Origin: Terriglobia bacterium
GTDB taxonomy: Bacteria; Acidobacteriota; Terriglobia; Versatilivoradales; Versatilivoraceae
Reading direction: 5' to 3'
Assembly (NCBI GenBank): GCA_041476565.1
Contig: JBGOTQ010000004.1
Location: 1 to 62,746, forward strand
DNA: 62,746 nucleotides
The translations under genes were made by a program, and so were the position numbers. Below are positions 62,594 through 62,746 of this stretch, in pieces. The first letter of the stretch is position 1. Each line of letters begins with the position of its first letter. Below the pieces are notes generated by a model. It ran no database searches and was not told the DNA's origin. It was given only the letters and a program-made list of their open reading frames with translations.

Positions 62594-62746
62594 TTTCTTG
62601 CGTCCTTTGCGCCTTTGCGGGAGGAAGATTCTCTCGCCAAGACGCCAAGAGCGCAAAGGGGGAGTTCCTTTTCACCTTTCTTTCCGTGCTCTGCGAGTTT
62701 GAGAGAGAATAGGGTTCATCTTTGCGTGCTTTGCGCCTTTGCGAGA
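62594..62746. repeat. 9-nt-period degenerate repeats in inverted blocks
   Basis: CTTGCGTCCTTTGCGCCTTTGCG, CGCCAAGACGCCAAGAGCGCAAAG, CTTTGCGTGCTTTGCGCCTTTGCG. Confidence 0.75.

Overview
A 62.7-kb bacterial chromosomal window, probably Acidobacteriota. That call is inferred from the ADOP-type ABC permease, ECF-sigma/Ser-Thr kinase remnants, a CarboxypepD_reg TonB remnant and Tat-exported Gfo/Idh/MocA enzymes. The window is a mosaic of intact genes, about a dozen deletion-scarred remnants and dense intergenic repeats. Main blocks: (1) a five-gene surface-glycan cluster (wecB, aldo/keto reductase, radical SAM-twitch enzyme with an extra C-terminal domain, GT2-GT4 fusion, uncharacterised helical protein); (2) scattered sugar catabolism genes (GH10, DUF4038/GH140-like, GH20-like, GHL6-like, oxidoreductases); (3) a nitrilase-lactate permease-AKR trio; (4) a decayed defence-like island (AAA-DUF4143, DUF2075, DUF932-like pseudogene, WYL regulator, hicBA with frameshifted hicA); (5) an FG-GAP surface protein; (6) a PilZ / zinc-ribbon-FHA / Ser-Thr kinase locus; (7) an SRPBCC-MerR operon with a 19-bp-spacer MerR promoter; (8) a ppgK-pgi-gnd-pgl-rpiB operon. 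The most striking non-coding signal is a nested system of miniature elements. IS66-like inverted-repeat ends occur about 9 times and carry REP-like palindromes, and a second MITE family is inserted twice at the same position inside those ends. No rRNA, tRNA or CRISPR array was recognised. All family calls come from motif reading, not database searches.
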